Source: a virus
Length of the DNA: 64,000 bases
IMG/VR virus record: IMGVR_UViG_3300036817_000176
Span: 1 to 64,000 of that record
Strand: one strand, 5' to 3'
In this document: positions 47,401 through 57,267 of the stretch, piece by piece
Numbering within the stretch: position 1 is the first letter of the stretch
How the letters are laid out: each line of letters opens with the position of its first letter
Program-made: the position numbers and the translations under genes
Notes under the pieces: model-generated
Seen by the model: the letters and a program-made list of their open reading frames with translations, nothing else
What the model was told of the DNA's origin: nothing
The model's database searches: none

Positions 47401-48039
47401 GGGATGGGTGGCGGTACCGCGCTGGCGCAGAATCCGACCATGAGCGCCGTCGATGCACTGACCAAAGGCGGGCAGAAAAACCCCGCGAAGGCCATTTTGC
47501 AGAACGGCGGGACCCTCAACATGACCGCCCAGCAGTTCGCCGACATGATCATGGCCAAGTACGACAAGAATTTCACCGCCCAGAGCATGGCCCGCGAGCA
47601 GGGCGCCAAGCCGGTACCGCTGGAGAAGGCCACCGAGACGGCCGTAAGCAAGTCGGTTGAAGACGCCCCGAACATGCTGCTGCGCAAGCCTGCCGCTGAC
47701 GTGGCATCTACGGGTGCTGCAGCGGCACCTGCAGCCGTGCCACCGGCCGTCGCCGTGCCGCTCAAGGATGCGACAGCTGCAGGGGTGACGGACATTCAGA
47801 AAGAGGAGGCACGGGCCGAACAGCTCAACCCGGGCGCCACCGAACTGACCGCCAAAATGGATCCTCGTATGACTGACGTGATGGTGAAGCTGGACCGGAC
47901 CCTGAACGGCATGAAGCCAGCGCAGAGCAACACCACCAACACCACAAACAACACCACCAATACCACCAACAACTATCACGGGCAGTCGCGCAGCGTGGGT
48001 GATCACGACTCTGTGAGCTGGCCGGGTGGCGGGAAATAA
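44470..48039 (+). CDS. sit: tape measure protein with lytic transglycosylase domain
   Basis: SLT motifs AVESGGNP..AAGMFQLMP; GGAG RBS; synteny. Confidence 0.9.
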   Translation: MRDDTQDEKRTVLAEAVEATPAVASAAGRQNIGGMPNVPGVEEFTSVSVIEELAHLTETVERQGTDQQRILVDIFRQLRDGAGPDNADLKNPQKGKQGKLSTEQPTPISEIETKTDIYGSEKGKTEPKRTDNRRPKLSESTPERKITVNKVISGTEKGKSAPKKERRETPVEEPVTAPTARKTASEARARRTVTLGDTPPAPTVAEPVTAVSDAAAVTDVVSQPAEPTTPVPPTPARTSADSPPENSSRADGFYLGDDGRVRRPDGRFANRVEVRRFNRDTGSSSGEGDNAAGDSSLLKKAVGMLGGKGSHSLAETDAADTAGVAAGSSFWMAAKEVKGMADEVKDALNEREITSAKGAKAYAKDKAQKLWGVIKKPFGTAADSETATPPPATTVANPDPGPGPVNDVGIGERKNQEQTENARADAIRRKEQAQTQEQHTEVLDRLDALIDASKNRQRGLAGEKLKSWLDGRGDKEGRRGRKGRKGRGKGPFSRSAGADPDARRRGRQTGADRTRTTRPGIERTTSAGDLPDLSSSRREPGRTGRQGSAPDRPSARREPVRAGRRGRMPRLGAVTEGLSTVTSRGTETLARAAKTGPIARVAAAMPRVGAPLASVASMSGVTGGVLNTAVNTATTAGKGAAAVGKGVLSAGKGALEVGGRGALAMGGRAIPLIGAAMTAYDAYTGFNDEEAQRRTFGIKDDTAPTTGQKTAMAAGQVLDMGGLTSGLSGLLASGAGALGMTNLEKSLTFDSDDIARKVYDAFSNDKSMARMGVKEGDSGTALQKITSGVATAANLGGIVSGTASLLGGIAEDLGFDGAKKALTFDTGDLAESLYDFFGPLLGDKNTGQNGPVTINMSTARYETASARQSITEADVKQAGKQYDFSEVEQANGLPPGFMNAMAAVESGGNPLAYNASGAAGMFQLMPKTAASLGVTDPYDVKQSANAAAKLATDNARYFTKQTGRVPEGRELYLLHQQGMGGGTALAQNPTMSAVDALTKGGQKNPAKAILQNGGTLNMTAQQFADMIMAKYDKNFTAQSMAREQGAKPVPLEKATETAVSKSVEDAPNMLLRKPAADVASTGAAAAPAAVPPAVAVPLKDATAAGVTDIQKEEARAEQLNPGATELTAKMDPRMTDVMVKLDRTLNGMKPAQSNTTNTTNNTTNTTNNYHGQSRSVGDHDSVSWPGGGK

Positions 48040-48049
48040 GGGGTGACGC

Positions 48050-48397
48050 ATGGCTTTTGAGGTCGATTACCTGATGAGGCTGGATGAGTCCGGCGTCATC
48101 ACCTGCAGCGGTGACGATGCCGTGGCCAACGATGTCGGGGAGTGGCTGGATACCCCGCGCGGACACATCTACGGGCGTCCGGAGTGGGGAAACCTGCTGG
48201 CGCTGTTTAAGCACCAGCCGCCGAATGAAGACACGTCGGTTGCGCTGGAAAACTCCATTTTGCTGGGGATGCAAACCGATCTGACGCACCTGCTGGTATC
48301 CGGTATTCGCTGCATACCGGACAGCAGCGAACCGGACCTTTACCGGGTGCAGATCATGACGCAGGAAGGCTATGTGGATGCGGTTTATCGTGTTTAA
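48050..48397 (+). CDS. pmgA: PmgA-like baseplate protein (T4 gp25/W-like)
   Basis: EWLDTPRGHIYGRPEWGN. Confidence 0.8.
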   Translation: MAFEVDYLMRLDESGVITCSGDDAVANDVGEWLDTPRGHIYGRPEWGNLLALFKHQPPNEDTSVALENSILLGMQTDLTHLLVSGIRCIPDSSEPDLYRVQIMTQEGYVDAVYRV

Positions 48398-48407
48398 GGA
48401 GTAGGGA

Positions 48408-49844
48408 ATGAGCACTAACGAATTTGAGAAAGCTATAGAAACCGCACTGTCGCAGAAAACATGGTGGTCCCGCCTGATGGGGTCCCAGTTCGCCGCCGGT
48501 ATCGCAACGTTTGTCGGGCAGATGGTGGAGCGGTGCGATTTTCTCGCCCGCCGCCTGCTACAGGAAGCGTTTATGTCCACCGCTACCAAGCGCGCCTCCA
48601 TTCTTGCTGCAGCGGAGGATCGGGGCTACGTGGGGCGCATGATCACCCCGTCCATCGGCAAGGTGAAGGTAACTAACAAGCTGACCTCACCAATCAACCT
48701 GCCGTATGGCACGCCAATCAACGCGCCGAACCGGTTGCCGTATGTGCTGTATGAAGCGGTGAAGCTCGATCCGGGCGAATCGCAGGTTGTGTCCGCCGCC
48801 CAGCTCGAGGAGAAGGTGCTCACCACCAGCATTACCGCGGAACAGAAGTGGCTGGAGCTGCTACTGAGCAAGGAGATCAGCCAGGCGGCCTCGAAAGTGG
48901 ATGTTTATGTCACCGAACCCAAACGACCGGCGGAGCAGTGGGAGAAACGTTACCAGTTCCGCCGTGCGGACGGCGAGGCCCGCGTCTATACCGAGTTCTA
49001 CAAGCCCACCGAACAGCTCGGTGTGCGCTTCGGTAACGGGCTATCCGGCAAGATCCCACCGGTGGGCTCGGTGATCACCCTCAACGTGTGGTGTACGAAA
49101 GGCGATTCAACCCTGATTGAAGGCCAGAAGATGTCGCTCAACAGCGTGAATGACGCGCTGGTGGCCGGTGTGGAGATCGTCTCTGCCACCTCGATAGTTG
49201 GCGGTGCCGCGGGTGAATCCACGGAAGAGGTGCGTAAAGGGGCGCTGTATGCGACCGCCTACGACGAGCAGATCGTATGGGATAACGATTACCGGCACTT
49301 CATTACCACGCATATCCCCGATCTTATCTGGCTAAACGTGTGGGGCGAAACCGCGCAGGAAAAAGAGACGGGTTATGATCTCGATAACCTCAACCGAATC
49401 TTCTTCTCGGCTTACTCCGCCAAGAAAGACCAGGCCACGCTCGAGGCGGAGATCCTGGCGCTGTTCGAGTCCAACCACGAACTGAACCGCCGTTACCGTT
49501 ATGTGCCGGTACAGCGCCGTCCATTCACCATTACGCTGAATGGCATCATGAGCGGGCGCCAGCAGGCCGACGTGGTGCGCCAGTCGATGATTGATACCCT
49601 GACCAAAGCGTTTGGGGAAGATGCGATCGCCAACAAGAACAACTCAACCAGCACCAGGCAGAGCGGGAGCAGCAGCAACGACACCACAATCTACGAAAAG
49701 GATATCTGGGGCGTGCTGCGTGAACTGGATAACGTTATTGAGTTCACGCTCTCCGTGGACAACCAGTCCCGCAACGCGCTGCTGAATGAATACGTGTTCC
49801 TGGACGCGGCGAACAGCACTTACAACCTGGAGTACAAGCTGTGA
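48408..49844 (+). CDS. bplA: baseplate wedge BplA (J-like)
   Basis: STATKRASILAAAEDRGY and VRFGNG motifs. Confidence 0.85.
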   Translation: MSTNEFEKAIETALSQKTWWSRLMGSQFAAGIATFVGQMVERCDFLARRLLQEAFMSTATKRASILAAAEDRGYVGRMITPSIGKVKVTNKLTSPINLPYGTPINAPNRLPYVLYEAVKLDPGESQVVSAAQLEEKVLTTSITAEQKWLELLLSKEISQAASKVDVYVTEPKRPAEQWEKRYQFRRADGEARVYTEFYKPTEQLGVRFGNGLSGKIPPVGSVITLNVWCTKGDSTLIEGQKMSLNSVNDALVAGVEIVSATSIVGGAAGESTEEVRKGALYATAYDEQIVWDNDYRHFITTHIPDLIWLNVWGETAQEKETGYDLDNLNRIFFSAYSAKKDQATLEAEILALFESNHELNRRYRYVPVQRRPFTITLNGIMSGRQQADVVRQSMIDTLTKAFGEDAIANKNNSTSTRQSGSSSNDTTIYEKDIWGVLRELDNVIEFTLSVDNQSRNALLNEYVFLDAANSTYNLEYKL

Positions 49845-50701
49845 AAACAGACTGGCTAAAACAACGGCTGACAGCAGCCAAGCAGGCTTCGCCCATGTGG
49901 GCGGAGCTGGCAGAAGCCATACAGGAAGTCTTTGAGGGGCAGATAGAGCCGCTGCTGGACCGCCTGAAGGGGCTTACCAGCGCCTACACCATGGACAGTG
50001 ACGACCTGCTGCAGCGTATTAACGAGCTCGGGGAGTTCTTCATTCTGTCGGACCGCGTGGACAAAGCAGACTGGCCGCTGGCGCTTATGCAGCGCCACGA
50101 CGAGATCCACATGAAGAAAACCGACTATCCGCTGCTGAACACCATCAGCCGCGAATTTAGCGGGATGAAGGCGACGTGGGAACCGCTGTATGCGCCCAAA
50201 GACCAGGTGAATTACCCCTACGGAAGCCGGTTCGTCATCAAAAGCCAGCTCGAGTATGAAACCATCCCGGAGAAGGATTGGTTCATGACCTCGAGGGGCG
50301 TGATCCGCCTGCCGATCACCTCCCTGCATAACTTCGGGGATGCGCTGAGCATTGACGAACGCGCCGCTGCGTTTGAGGAGGTCATGACCCGCTTTATCGA
50401 GCCGCTGATCCCGCTGCATATCGTGTTTGAAGGTCCGCAGTATTACATGATCTACACCGTGCGCGAGCTGGAGGAGATTTTTGCGCTGCTGCTGGCCGAG
50501 TGTGGCCAGACGTTCCCACCAGCACTGGAATCGAACATGCTCAAACGCCCGGAAGAGCTGGCCACCGCGCCGGACGGTATCACGCAAACCATGCCGGTGA
50601 TGAACAACGGCGTGGCGTATGCGTACAGCTACCGGGCGCGTATGGATGCCTCCCCACTGGACGCATGGACGCTGGATCGGCAATTCCCAGGCGCGCCATA
50701 A
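49841..50701 (+). CDS. gp16-like baseplate protein
   Basis: WLKQRLTAAKQ.S..W and TSRG motifs; synteny. Confidence 0.8.
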   Translation: MKTDWLKQRLTAAKQASPMWAELAEAIQEVFEGQIEPLLDRLKGLTSAYTMDSDDLLQRINELGEFFILSDRVDKADWPLALMQRHDEIHMKKTDYPLLNTISREFSGMKATWEPLYAPKDQVNYPYGSRFVIKSQLEYETIPEKDWFMTSRGVIRLPITSLHNFGDALSIDERAAAFEEVMTRFIEPLIPLHIVFEGPQYYMIYTVRELEEIFALLLAECGQTFPPALESNMLKRPEELATAPDGITQTMPVMNNGVAYAYSYRARMDASPLDAWTLDRQFPGAP

Positions 50702-50761
50702 CGATGTGTTAGCATACCTGCGCCCCCTTTCCCGGCTTCAGCCTCTCGCCCAGAGGCTGCT

Positions 50762-51178
50762 ATGGCACAAACTGTCACACTCTATGAAGCAAAGCTCCTC
50801 TATCGCTATTTCGATAGACGCGCGAAGGCCAGTATTGGCCTGAATACCTTCCGGCTCGGGAAAGCCGTATGGGGGAAGGGGAACACTACCTTAGTCAACG
50901 GGGCCCCGTCGGTCACCACGATCCCATCAAACCTCGCCACCGTGGACGGGGTATTCCTGACCAACCAACCCATTTACAGCTATGCCAACGGGCGGATCAC
51001 CGTTCGCGCTACCCTGCAGCCCGGGGACATTCCCGCTGGCCAACAGTTTGAGTTCACCACGCTCGGCATTCTGGATGATGAAAACGGGCTGGTGGCCGTG
51101 CTGGTATCCACACCGATGTGGCTTCATGACAAGCGCTCGCTGGTCATCGAGGGCTATATCGACACCAACATCGCGTAA
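50762..51178 (+). CDS. tail fibre protein R-like
   Basis: LYEAKLLYRYFDRRA..KAVWG resembles recalled P1 R. Confidence 0.75.
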   Translation: MAQTVTLYEAKLLYRYFDRRAKASIGLNTFRLGKAVWGKGNTTLVNGAPSVTTIPSNLATVDGVFLTNQPIYSYANGRITVRATLQPGDIPAGQQFEFTTLGILDDENGLVAVLVSTPMWLHDKRSLVIEGYIDTNIA

Positions 51179-51189
51179 GGGGAGGGGCT

Positions 51190-52167
51190 ATGTCTGAGCA
51201 TGAGATAGTTCTACTCCCGCCGACAGATATCGATTATGCCGCGCTGCCGCTGCTGGCTGATGTGCAGTTTCTGGAGCCGTTCGCCGCCGATGCGCTGAAC
51301 CGTAAATTCCATGGGATTGTTCCGCCGGGGATCTACCGCGGCTATCAGTACAGCCTGCCCGGACAGATGCAACTGACGATCGGCAAGGACATGACCGGTG
51401 TGGCCGTGGTGGAGCTGGGGAACTGGAGCCTGAACGTTCACCAGGTGGCGCCGGTTACCCTGACCGTACCTGCAGGCTTTAAGGGCTACGTCATCCTCGA
51501 TGCCATCTATGGCGTCGGCATTGTCACCAAACAGGTCAGCTCGAGCAGCCAGATTGACGCCGCAACGATCAAGCTGGTGGCCACGGCCGACCTGAAGCCG
51601 CAACACGTCATCCTGTACACCCTGGATGTGCCAGCCAGCGCCACCAGTATGCAGCATAGCTATATCAGCTCGGCTGACCGCATGGCTATGTCTCTGGCGC
51701 GCAGCTCGCGCGTGGACGGCGGTTACTTCGTTAACAGCCCCGAAGGGACCATGACGGTGCAGATCCGCCGCGGACCTGACGCCGAGCGCCGCACGTTCCC
51801 GGGTCTGGACGGTGAACCTTTCTGGACACTCGATACCCACCGGTTCGCCATCGGCATCGAGGGCGAACCGGGCGGCCTGCTGCTACCGGCGTCAAAGGTC
51901 GTCGAAGCGGCGGCCGTGACCGCTACCCCGCAGGGGGCGTACCAGTTCACCAAAGCGGGCACGTTGACCCTCCCGGCAGTCGCGCGCACCGGCGAGCACG
52001 TCCGGGTAAGCGTGACGGCTGCAGCCGTGGCGGCGGCGCTGGACTGTCAGGTTGTCGTTTCTGACGGTTCAGCCATTGCTACACGGGGCGGTGATGCTCT
52101 GGCTGTCAGCATGGACGTGACTCAGGAATTTGTGTTTATCAAAACCACCACCGGCTGGAGGTGCTAA
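51190..52167 (+). CDS. tail fibre proximal protein (P1 S constant N-terminus homolog)
   Basis: LADVQFLEPFAADALNRKFHGIVPPGIY. Confidence 0.8.
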   Translation: MSEHEIVLLPPTDIDYAALPLLADVQFLEPFAADALNRKFHGIVPPGIYRGYQYSLPGQMQLTIGKDMTGVAVVELGNWSLNVHQVAPVTLTVPAGFKGYVILDAIYGVGIVTKQVSSSSQIDAATIKLVATADLKPQHVILYTLDVPASATSMQHSYISSADRMAMSLARSSRVDGGYFVNSPEGTMTVQIRRGPDAERRTFPGLDGEPFWTLDTHRFAIGIEGEPGGLLLPASKVVEAAAVTATPQGAYQFTKAGTLTLPAVARTGEHVRVSVTAAAVAAALDCQVVVSDGSAIATRGGDALAVSMDVTQEFVFIKTTTGWRC

Positions 52168-55100
52168 TGGCTGTATTAGCGAAGATCTCAGCCCGGCAAC
52201 TCCTGCTGCTGGATCTGAATCTTGAGAAAGTTAACAACTGGGGCGCCAGTTCGGCGGTCAATGACCCCAGCGACCTCACCTATGCGACTGCAGGAGCAGT
52301 CAAAAAGGCCTATGACCTGGCGAAGGCGGCTCTTCCGGCCACGTCCAATGCGGTATCAGCCAGCAAACTGCTAACGGCGCGCACGATCAGCCTGACCGGT
52401 GACGCCACCGGCAACGGGAACTTTGACGGCTCGGCCAACCTGTCTATTGCTCTGGATCTGAAGGCCTCCGGCGTGGCCGCGGGGACCTATCGATCCGTCA
52501 CGGTCGATGCCAGAGGCATAGTGACGGGCGGTACCAACCCGACCACGCTGGCGGGCTACGGCATCACCGATGCGCTGGGCATCAAAGACAACGCCGTTTC
52601 TGCCAGCAAGCTGGCCACCGCGCGCACGATCGCTCTTACCGGCGACGCCACCGGTAACGCCACCTTTGACGGCTCGGCCAACCTGTCCATTGCTCTGACG
52701 GCCAAAGATACCGGCGTCGTGGCGGGCACCTACTCATCTGTGACGGTCGATTCCAAGGGGCGCGTAACGGCAGGGGCCGCGCTTGCCTCCGCCGATCTGC
52801 CTGCCTCCGGCGTCACTGCCGGGACCTATCGATCGGTGACGGTCGATAGCAAGGGGATTGTGACCGGCGGCACGAACCCGACCACGCTGGCGGGCTATGG
52901 CATCACCGATGCGCTGGGCATCAAAGACAACGCCGTTTCTGCCAGCAAGCTGGCCACCGCACGCACTATTACCTTTACCGGCGATGCTACCGGCAGTGGG
53001 ACCTTTGACGGTTCGGGTAACCTCTCCATCGCCCTGACTGGCCGCTCCACTGGCGTTGCGGCGGGTACCTACCGATCGGTGACGGTCGATGTGAGGGGGG
53101 ACGTTACGGCCGGTTCCAATCCGACCACGCTGGCAGGCTACGGCATTACCGACGCGGCGCCGATCGCCCACGTATCAGCTGGTGGTAACGCACACGCTGC
53201 AGCCACTACCACGCTGGCAGGCTTTATGTCCGCAGCGGACAAGGCCAAGCTGGATGGGATCGCCAGCAGCGCCACCAACTACACCCACCCGAGCGGCGAC
53301 GGCAACTTGCACGTTCCGGCCACTGGCAACAACAACAGCGGCAAGGTACTACGCGCGGGCGCGACGGCGGGATCCCTGTCGTGGGCCACCCTCACACCGG
53401 CCGACGTCGGCGCGTTGCCAGATTCCGGCGGGGGCATTAAGGGCAACTTCTGGCGCGAATCAGGCGGTAAGCAGTATGCGCTGACGGCACACCTGGGCTG
53501 GACCGCCGAGGCGAAGCCTAACCTTATCCTGCTGGCCAGGAAGTACGTCACTACCTTTGTGGCCAAAACCGGCTTTATCGGGCGTATCCTTTTCGATCGC
53601 GGCTCCAACACCGCCAACATGCGCACCGACTATGTGGATGTAAACGTATCGTGCGCCTATCAGACGAACCGTGCGGAGATCCTGTACCGCACCGGCATCT
53701 CGCTGGATGATGCCAGGATTGTCGAGGTGACCTACAACAGCGAGGTGTATTACGCGCTGTATCGTCCGAGCGTGACCACCAGCAACAGCGAGGTGATCGT
53801 CGATGGCCATTCATTTGGTGGCGGCCTGCCGCTGCTGATCCCGGATGCCACGGCATACACCGTGACCGATGTCGTGACCACTGATAGCCTGTATCACGTC
53901 AACAACAAGCCGACTTCTTCCGACGTGGGTCTGGGCAACCTCGATAACGCCAGGCAGATGCGCGCGACGCTGACGAACGGCTACTGGGGTCTGACGGATG
54001 CCGCCGGGAGCTCGTCGGCCTATATTCGTACCACGTCCTCGGGGATCATCCCGTATCAGTCCGGCTCATCGAGCGCGCTCGGTACCAGCACCTGGCAGTT
54101 CAACAGCGCCTATGTCAAAACCTTCTATGAAGATGGCGCGTCGCTGGTGACCAAGTATCTGGGCATCAGTGATAACGCCGTATCGGCGACCAAGCTGGCC
54201 ACCGCCCGCACGCTGACGATCGGCAACACCGGCAAGACTTTTGACGGCTCGGCTAACGTGTCCTGGACACTGGACGAACTGGGGGCGCTGCCGATCAAAG
54301 GCGGGGCGTTAACCGGCGCTATCAGCCTGCCTGGCGGAAGGTCACTGAGAATCGTTGCTACGACGACGAACCCGGCGGCGGTCGTGAGCTCTGAAGGTGG
54401 CTACGCCATGCTCTGGCGCGACCCGACTGCGGATGAAGCGGCGGCCGGTAAGTCGATGGAGTTCGTTGGCATCAACCGGTCCAGTCAGCTGATCTTCCGC
54501 CAGGATAAGGGGAACGGAGACGGAAAATACAGCGATCAGATCGTGTATCACACGGGTAACAAGCCGTCAGCTTCCGACGTGGGCGCACTGCCAGCCGTGG
54601 GCGGAAACCCGACGGGTAACGTCTATGTAGACAAGGGCGCTTCCGCCGAACCGAACATTGGCGTGAAGCGTGATGTTCGCCTCCTGTACCTGTATGACAG
54701 CGGTTCGCACCATGGCCTTTACAGCACCGGCCTTTCCGGCAAGGTTAACGCTTCGCTGATCCGTCGCGTCGTGGCCACCGGCGATATCGATATCGGGTCC
54801 ACGATGGACGCGGGCGGCGTCGTGACGATGTACGGCGATCCGCGCTCGGCCGTGGCGCAGGGCACTAACGCCGCCTCACTGGTGCGCAAGGACTACGCCG
54901 ACGCGCAGTTTGTTTCTGGTACCGGCGGTACCGGCGTCGGCAACAACCCACTGCTGGAAACCACCACCGGCGGGGTGAGGGACTTCAACCTGGCCAAGAC
55001 CAACGGTACCTTCACCGTGGCTAACGGCTGGCTGAACGGTATCTCCAACGTTGGCGCTACATCAGTAGGCCACTCAGGTATTGTTGAGGTTTTCCAGCGT

Positions 55101-56720
55101 GCTTTTGATAACCAGACCACACAGGTCTTTACCGGTACGGCATCAGTTGACGGCGTTCGTGTCTCTAACTCCTCTTCGCGTACCTGGGTAAGCGCCGCCG
55201 AAGACTGGGGTCCCTGGATCAAGTGCGGCATATACGAAAGCGTGAACATGTACCGCGCTGGTATTCTGCGCCTTAACGCCGAAGGTGCGAATGGCCCGGA
55301 TGGCAACTACCCGTTTTACACGCTGACCAAAGAGAAGTTCCGCACCGATACCACCAGCTATTACGGCATTGGTGAGCTGGGCTTCAGGGTAAATGCCGCC
55401 AACCGCTACGATCCCCACACGGCAGATCTAATGGTGAGAGTGACCGCGCAGGTCAAGCCAAGTGGCGACGAGCATGACGGTCGTATGTATCTGGCCGCAC
55501 GCCGCCGTGACGCGGCCGGTGGTATAGCTGATGTCAGCGTTCTGGCACTGGACAGGGATTCCGGCGCGGTATTCACGCACAGCTCGAAAAGCGTCTCGAT
55601 CAAGGCGGGTGTGATTAATGCGATCGATGCGTATTTAACAGGCTCACTGACGCTGGGCGGAAAGCTCCAGCATTCCCTGTATCCCGGCGCGAATAAACAG
55701 TTGCTGAACGTCAATACCAACGGTCAGGTTTACCTGGGCAACCCGGAAGCCGCCAGCGTTGACATTGAAACCGTGGACGGGATGGCGCGCGTGAAAGTGG
55801 CCGGTGGGACGGGTTATCGTATCTACCATGAAAACTTCAAACCCACAGCATCCGACGTGGGCGCCGCACCGGATGGGTATGGTCTGGGCGGCTACGGCAA
55901 AATCATTTCCACCGTTACAGGGAATACCGATCTGCGTCGGCAGTCCGGCTTCTTCCAGGGTTCCAACGTAAACGGACTCCCGGTAGGGAATGCCTGGGCC
56001 TACGTGTTTTCGCAGGCGCATAACAACACTAATGGCTATTTCGGCTACCTGGCGATCAACTTCAACGGATCTTCGGCGTGGATTGGGGGGCAGGAGGCAG
56101 GCAACCAGAAAGGACCTTTCGCGGTCGTTCTGGATAACAGCCCCAACACCTATAACTCGATCAAGATGAGCAACTGGTTCCGCTCCACGGGCGATACCGG
56201 CTGGTTCAACGAGACATACGGCGGCGGTTTTCATATGACCGACTCGCTGTATGTCCGCGTTTATAACAATAAGCGAATACATGTACCAAGCACCGCTGAT
56301 GACGCGATAAACGTAGCGGGTGGCATCTGGATGGGTGGCCTGCTGCAGGCGGCCAATATGAGACTGGCTGGTGCTGCGTGGATAAATGGCGGCCAGCCGG
56401 TTGAGGATAACGCACTCACCCGTAAAGACTACGTGGATAACAAAACGTGGGCCGCCTGGCAGGGCAACCAGGACGTTATCACTGGCGGCTGGGCGCAGGT
56501 TGGCTCGTATCTCATGTGTGCGGTTCACACTAACGCCGGTATCCCGGGTTTAAACAACCTGATTTCTGGCGCGTATCTGGTCCCGTCTGGTGCGGGTAAG
56601 AAAAGCTATGAAGGCAGCGGCTCTATCCCCGGCACATGGCGACAGATGGGGGCGCTGGGTTCCGCCAACACCGACTCCGAGTGGGATGACCGTACAACTC
56701 TCTTCTTCCGCGTAGCGTAG
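52167..56720 (+). CDS. long tail fibre (receptor-binding)
   Basis: AVKKAYDLA; repeated TTLAGYGITD, SASKLATART and YHxxNKPT motifs; GGAGG RBS. Confidence 0.9.
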   Translation: MAVLAKISARQLLLLDLNLEKVNNWGASSAVNDPSDLTYATAGAVKKAYDLAKAALPATSNAVSASKLLTARTISLTGDATGNGNFDGSANLSIALDLKASGVAAGTYRSVTVDARGIVTGGTNPTTLAGYGITDALGIKDNAVSASKLATARTIALTGDATGNATFDGSANLSIALTAKDTGVVAGTYSSVTVDSKGRVTAGAALASADLPASGVTAGTYRSVTVDSKGIVTGGTNPTTLAGYGITDALGIKDNAVSASKLATARTITFTGDATGSGTFDGSGNLSIALTGRSTGVAAGTYRSVTVDVRGDVTAGSNPTTLAGYGITDAAPIAHVSAGGNAHAAATTTLAGFMSAADKAKLDGIASSATNYTHPSGDGNLHVPATGNNNSGKVLRAGATAGSLSWATLTPADVGALPDSGGGIKGNFWRESGGKQYALTAHLGWTAEAKPNLILLARKYVTTFVAKTGFIGRILFDRGSNTANMRTDYVDVNVSCAYQTNRAEILYRTGISLDDARIVEVTYNSEVYYALYRPSVTTSNSEVIVDGHSFGGGLPLLIPDATAYTVTDVVTTDSLYHVNNKPTSSDVGLGNLDNARQMRATLTNGYWGLTDAAGSSSAYIRTTSSGIIPYQSGSSSALGTSTWQFNSAYVKTFYEDGASLVTKYLGISDNAVSATKLATARTLTIGNTGKTFDGSANVSWTLDELGALPIKGGALTGAISLPGGRSLRIVATTTNPAAVVSSEGGYAMLWRDPTADEAAAGKSMEFVGINRSSQLIFRQDKGNGDGKYSDQIVYHTGNKPSASDVGALPAVGGNPTGNVYVDKGASAEPNIGVKRDVRLLYLYDSGSHHGLYSTGLSGKVNASLIRRVVATGDIDIGSTMDAGGVVTMYGDPRSAVAQGTNAASLVRKDYADAQFVSGTGGTGVGNNPLLETTTGGVRDFNLAKTNGTFTVANGWLNGISNVGATSVGHSGIVEVFQRAFDNQTTQVFTGTASVDGVRVSNSSSRTWVSAAEDWGPWIKCGIYESVNMYRAGILRLNAEGANGPDGNYPFYTLTKEKFRTDTTSYYGIGELGFRVNAANRYDPHTADLMVRVTAQVKPSGDEHDGRMYLAARRRDAAGGIADVSVLALDRDSGAVFTHSSKSVSIKAGVINAIDAYLTGSLTLGGKLQHSLYPGANKQLLNVNTNGQVYLGNPEAASVDIETVDGMARVKVAGGTGYRIYHENFKPTASDVGAAPDGYGLGGYGKIISTVTGNTDLRRQSGFFQGSNVNGLPVGNAWAYVFSQAHNNTNGYFGYLAINFNGSSAWIGGQEAGNQKGPFAVVLDNSPNTYNSIKMSNWFRSTGDTGWFNETYGGGFHMTDSLYVRVYNNKRIHVPSTADDAINVAGGIWMGGLLQAANMRLAGAAWINGGQPVEDNALTRKDYVDNKTWAAWQGNQDVITGGWAQVGSYLMCAVHTNAGIPGLNNLISGAYLVPSGAGKKSYEGSGSIPGTWRQMGALGSANTDSEWDDRTTLFFRVA
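52345..53155 (+). repeat. three imperfect tandem modules inside the tail fibre gene
   Basis: Near-identical DNA blocks, e.g. GGCATCACCGATGCGCTGGGCATCAAAGACAACGCCGTTTCTGCCAGCAAGCTGGCCACCGC at 52561 and 52899. Confidence 0.85.
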
Positions 56721-56730
56721 GGCGCTGATA

Positions 56731-57195
56731 ATGAAATATTCATCTGTTAAAGATTTACAGTGGGGCAACGCCGAGCGCACCACGATCCTGATGACGGTTA
56801 ACTTCGACCTTATCGGTGAAGCGCCGTTTACCGCCTCCGCCACGGATACGGCAGAGCATGGCGTCCAGCTCTTTAAGGACGCCGTGGCGGGAAAATTTGG
56901 CCCGATTGCCGCCTGGGTCGATGACCGCGACTACTACGGTGCCTGGAAAGCCGAAAGGGCGGAAAAGGTGGCGGCGATCGTCGTCGAAGTGGACGGTATG
57001 CTGTTTGACGGTGATGAAAACTCCCAGAACCGCATGGGACGTGCGGTGGCCATCGCCGACAGTCTGGAAGATAAAGTGTCGTGGACGCTGGCGGATAATA
57101 CCGTGGCGCAGGTGACAGTGGCCCAGCTCAAGCAGGCGCTGGTGCTGGCAAGCCTCGAACAGACCCGGATCTGGAACGAAGAGCGACCGGAGTAG
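56731..57195 (+). CDS. tail fibre assembly chaperone (DUF4376)
   Basis: PFTASATD..G..LF; FDGDENSQNRM..WTLADN. Confidence 0.85.
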   Translation: MKYSSVKDLQWGNAERTTILMTVNFDLIGEAPFTASATDTAEHGVQLFKDAVAGKFGPIAAWVDDRDYYGAWKAERAEKVAAIVVEVDGMLFDGDENSQNRMGRAVAIADSLEDKVSWTLADNTVAQVTVAQLKQALVLASLEQTRIWNEERPE

Positions 57196-57202
57196 TAATG
57201 AC

Positions 57203-57227
57203 AAAGGCCCCAAAAGGGGCCTTTTTT
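57203..57227 (+). terminator. intrinsic terminator
   Basis: AAAGGCCCC-AAAA-GGGGCCTTTTTT. Confidence 0.8.
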
Positions 57228-57267
57228 ATGACATCCTAACGCCAAACCAAAGAGAAGGAGTCTATGA

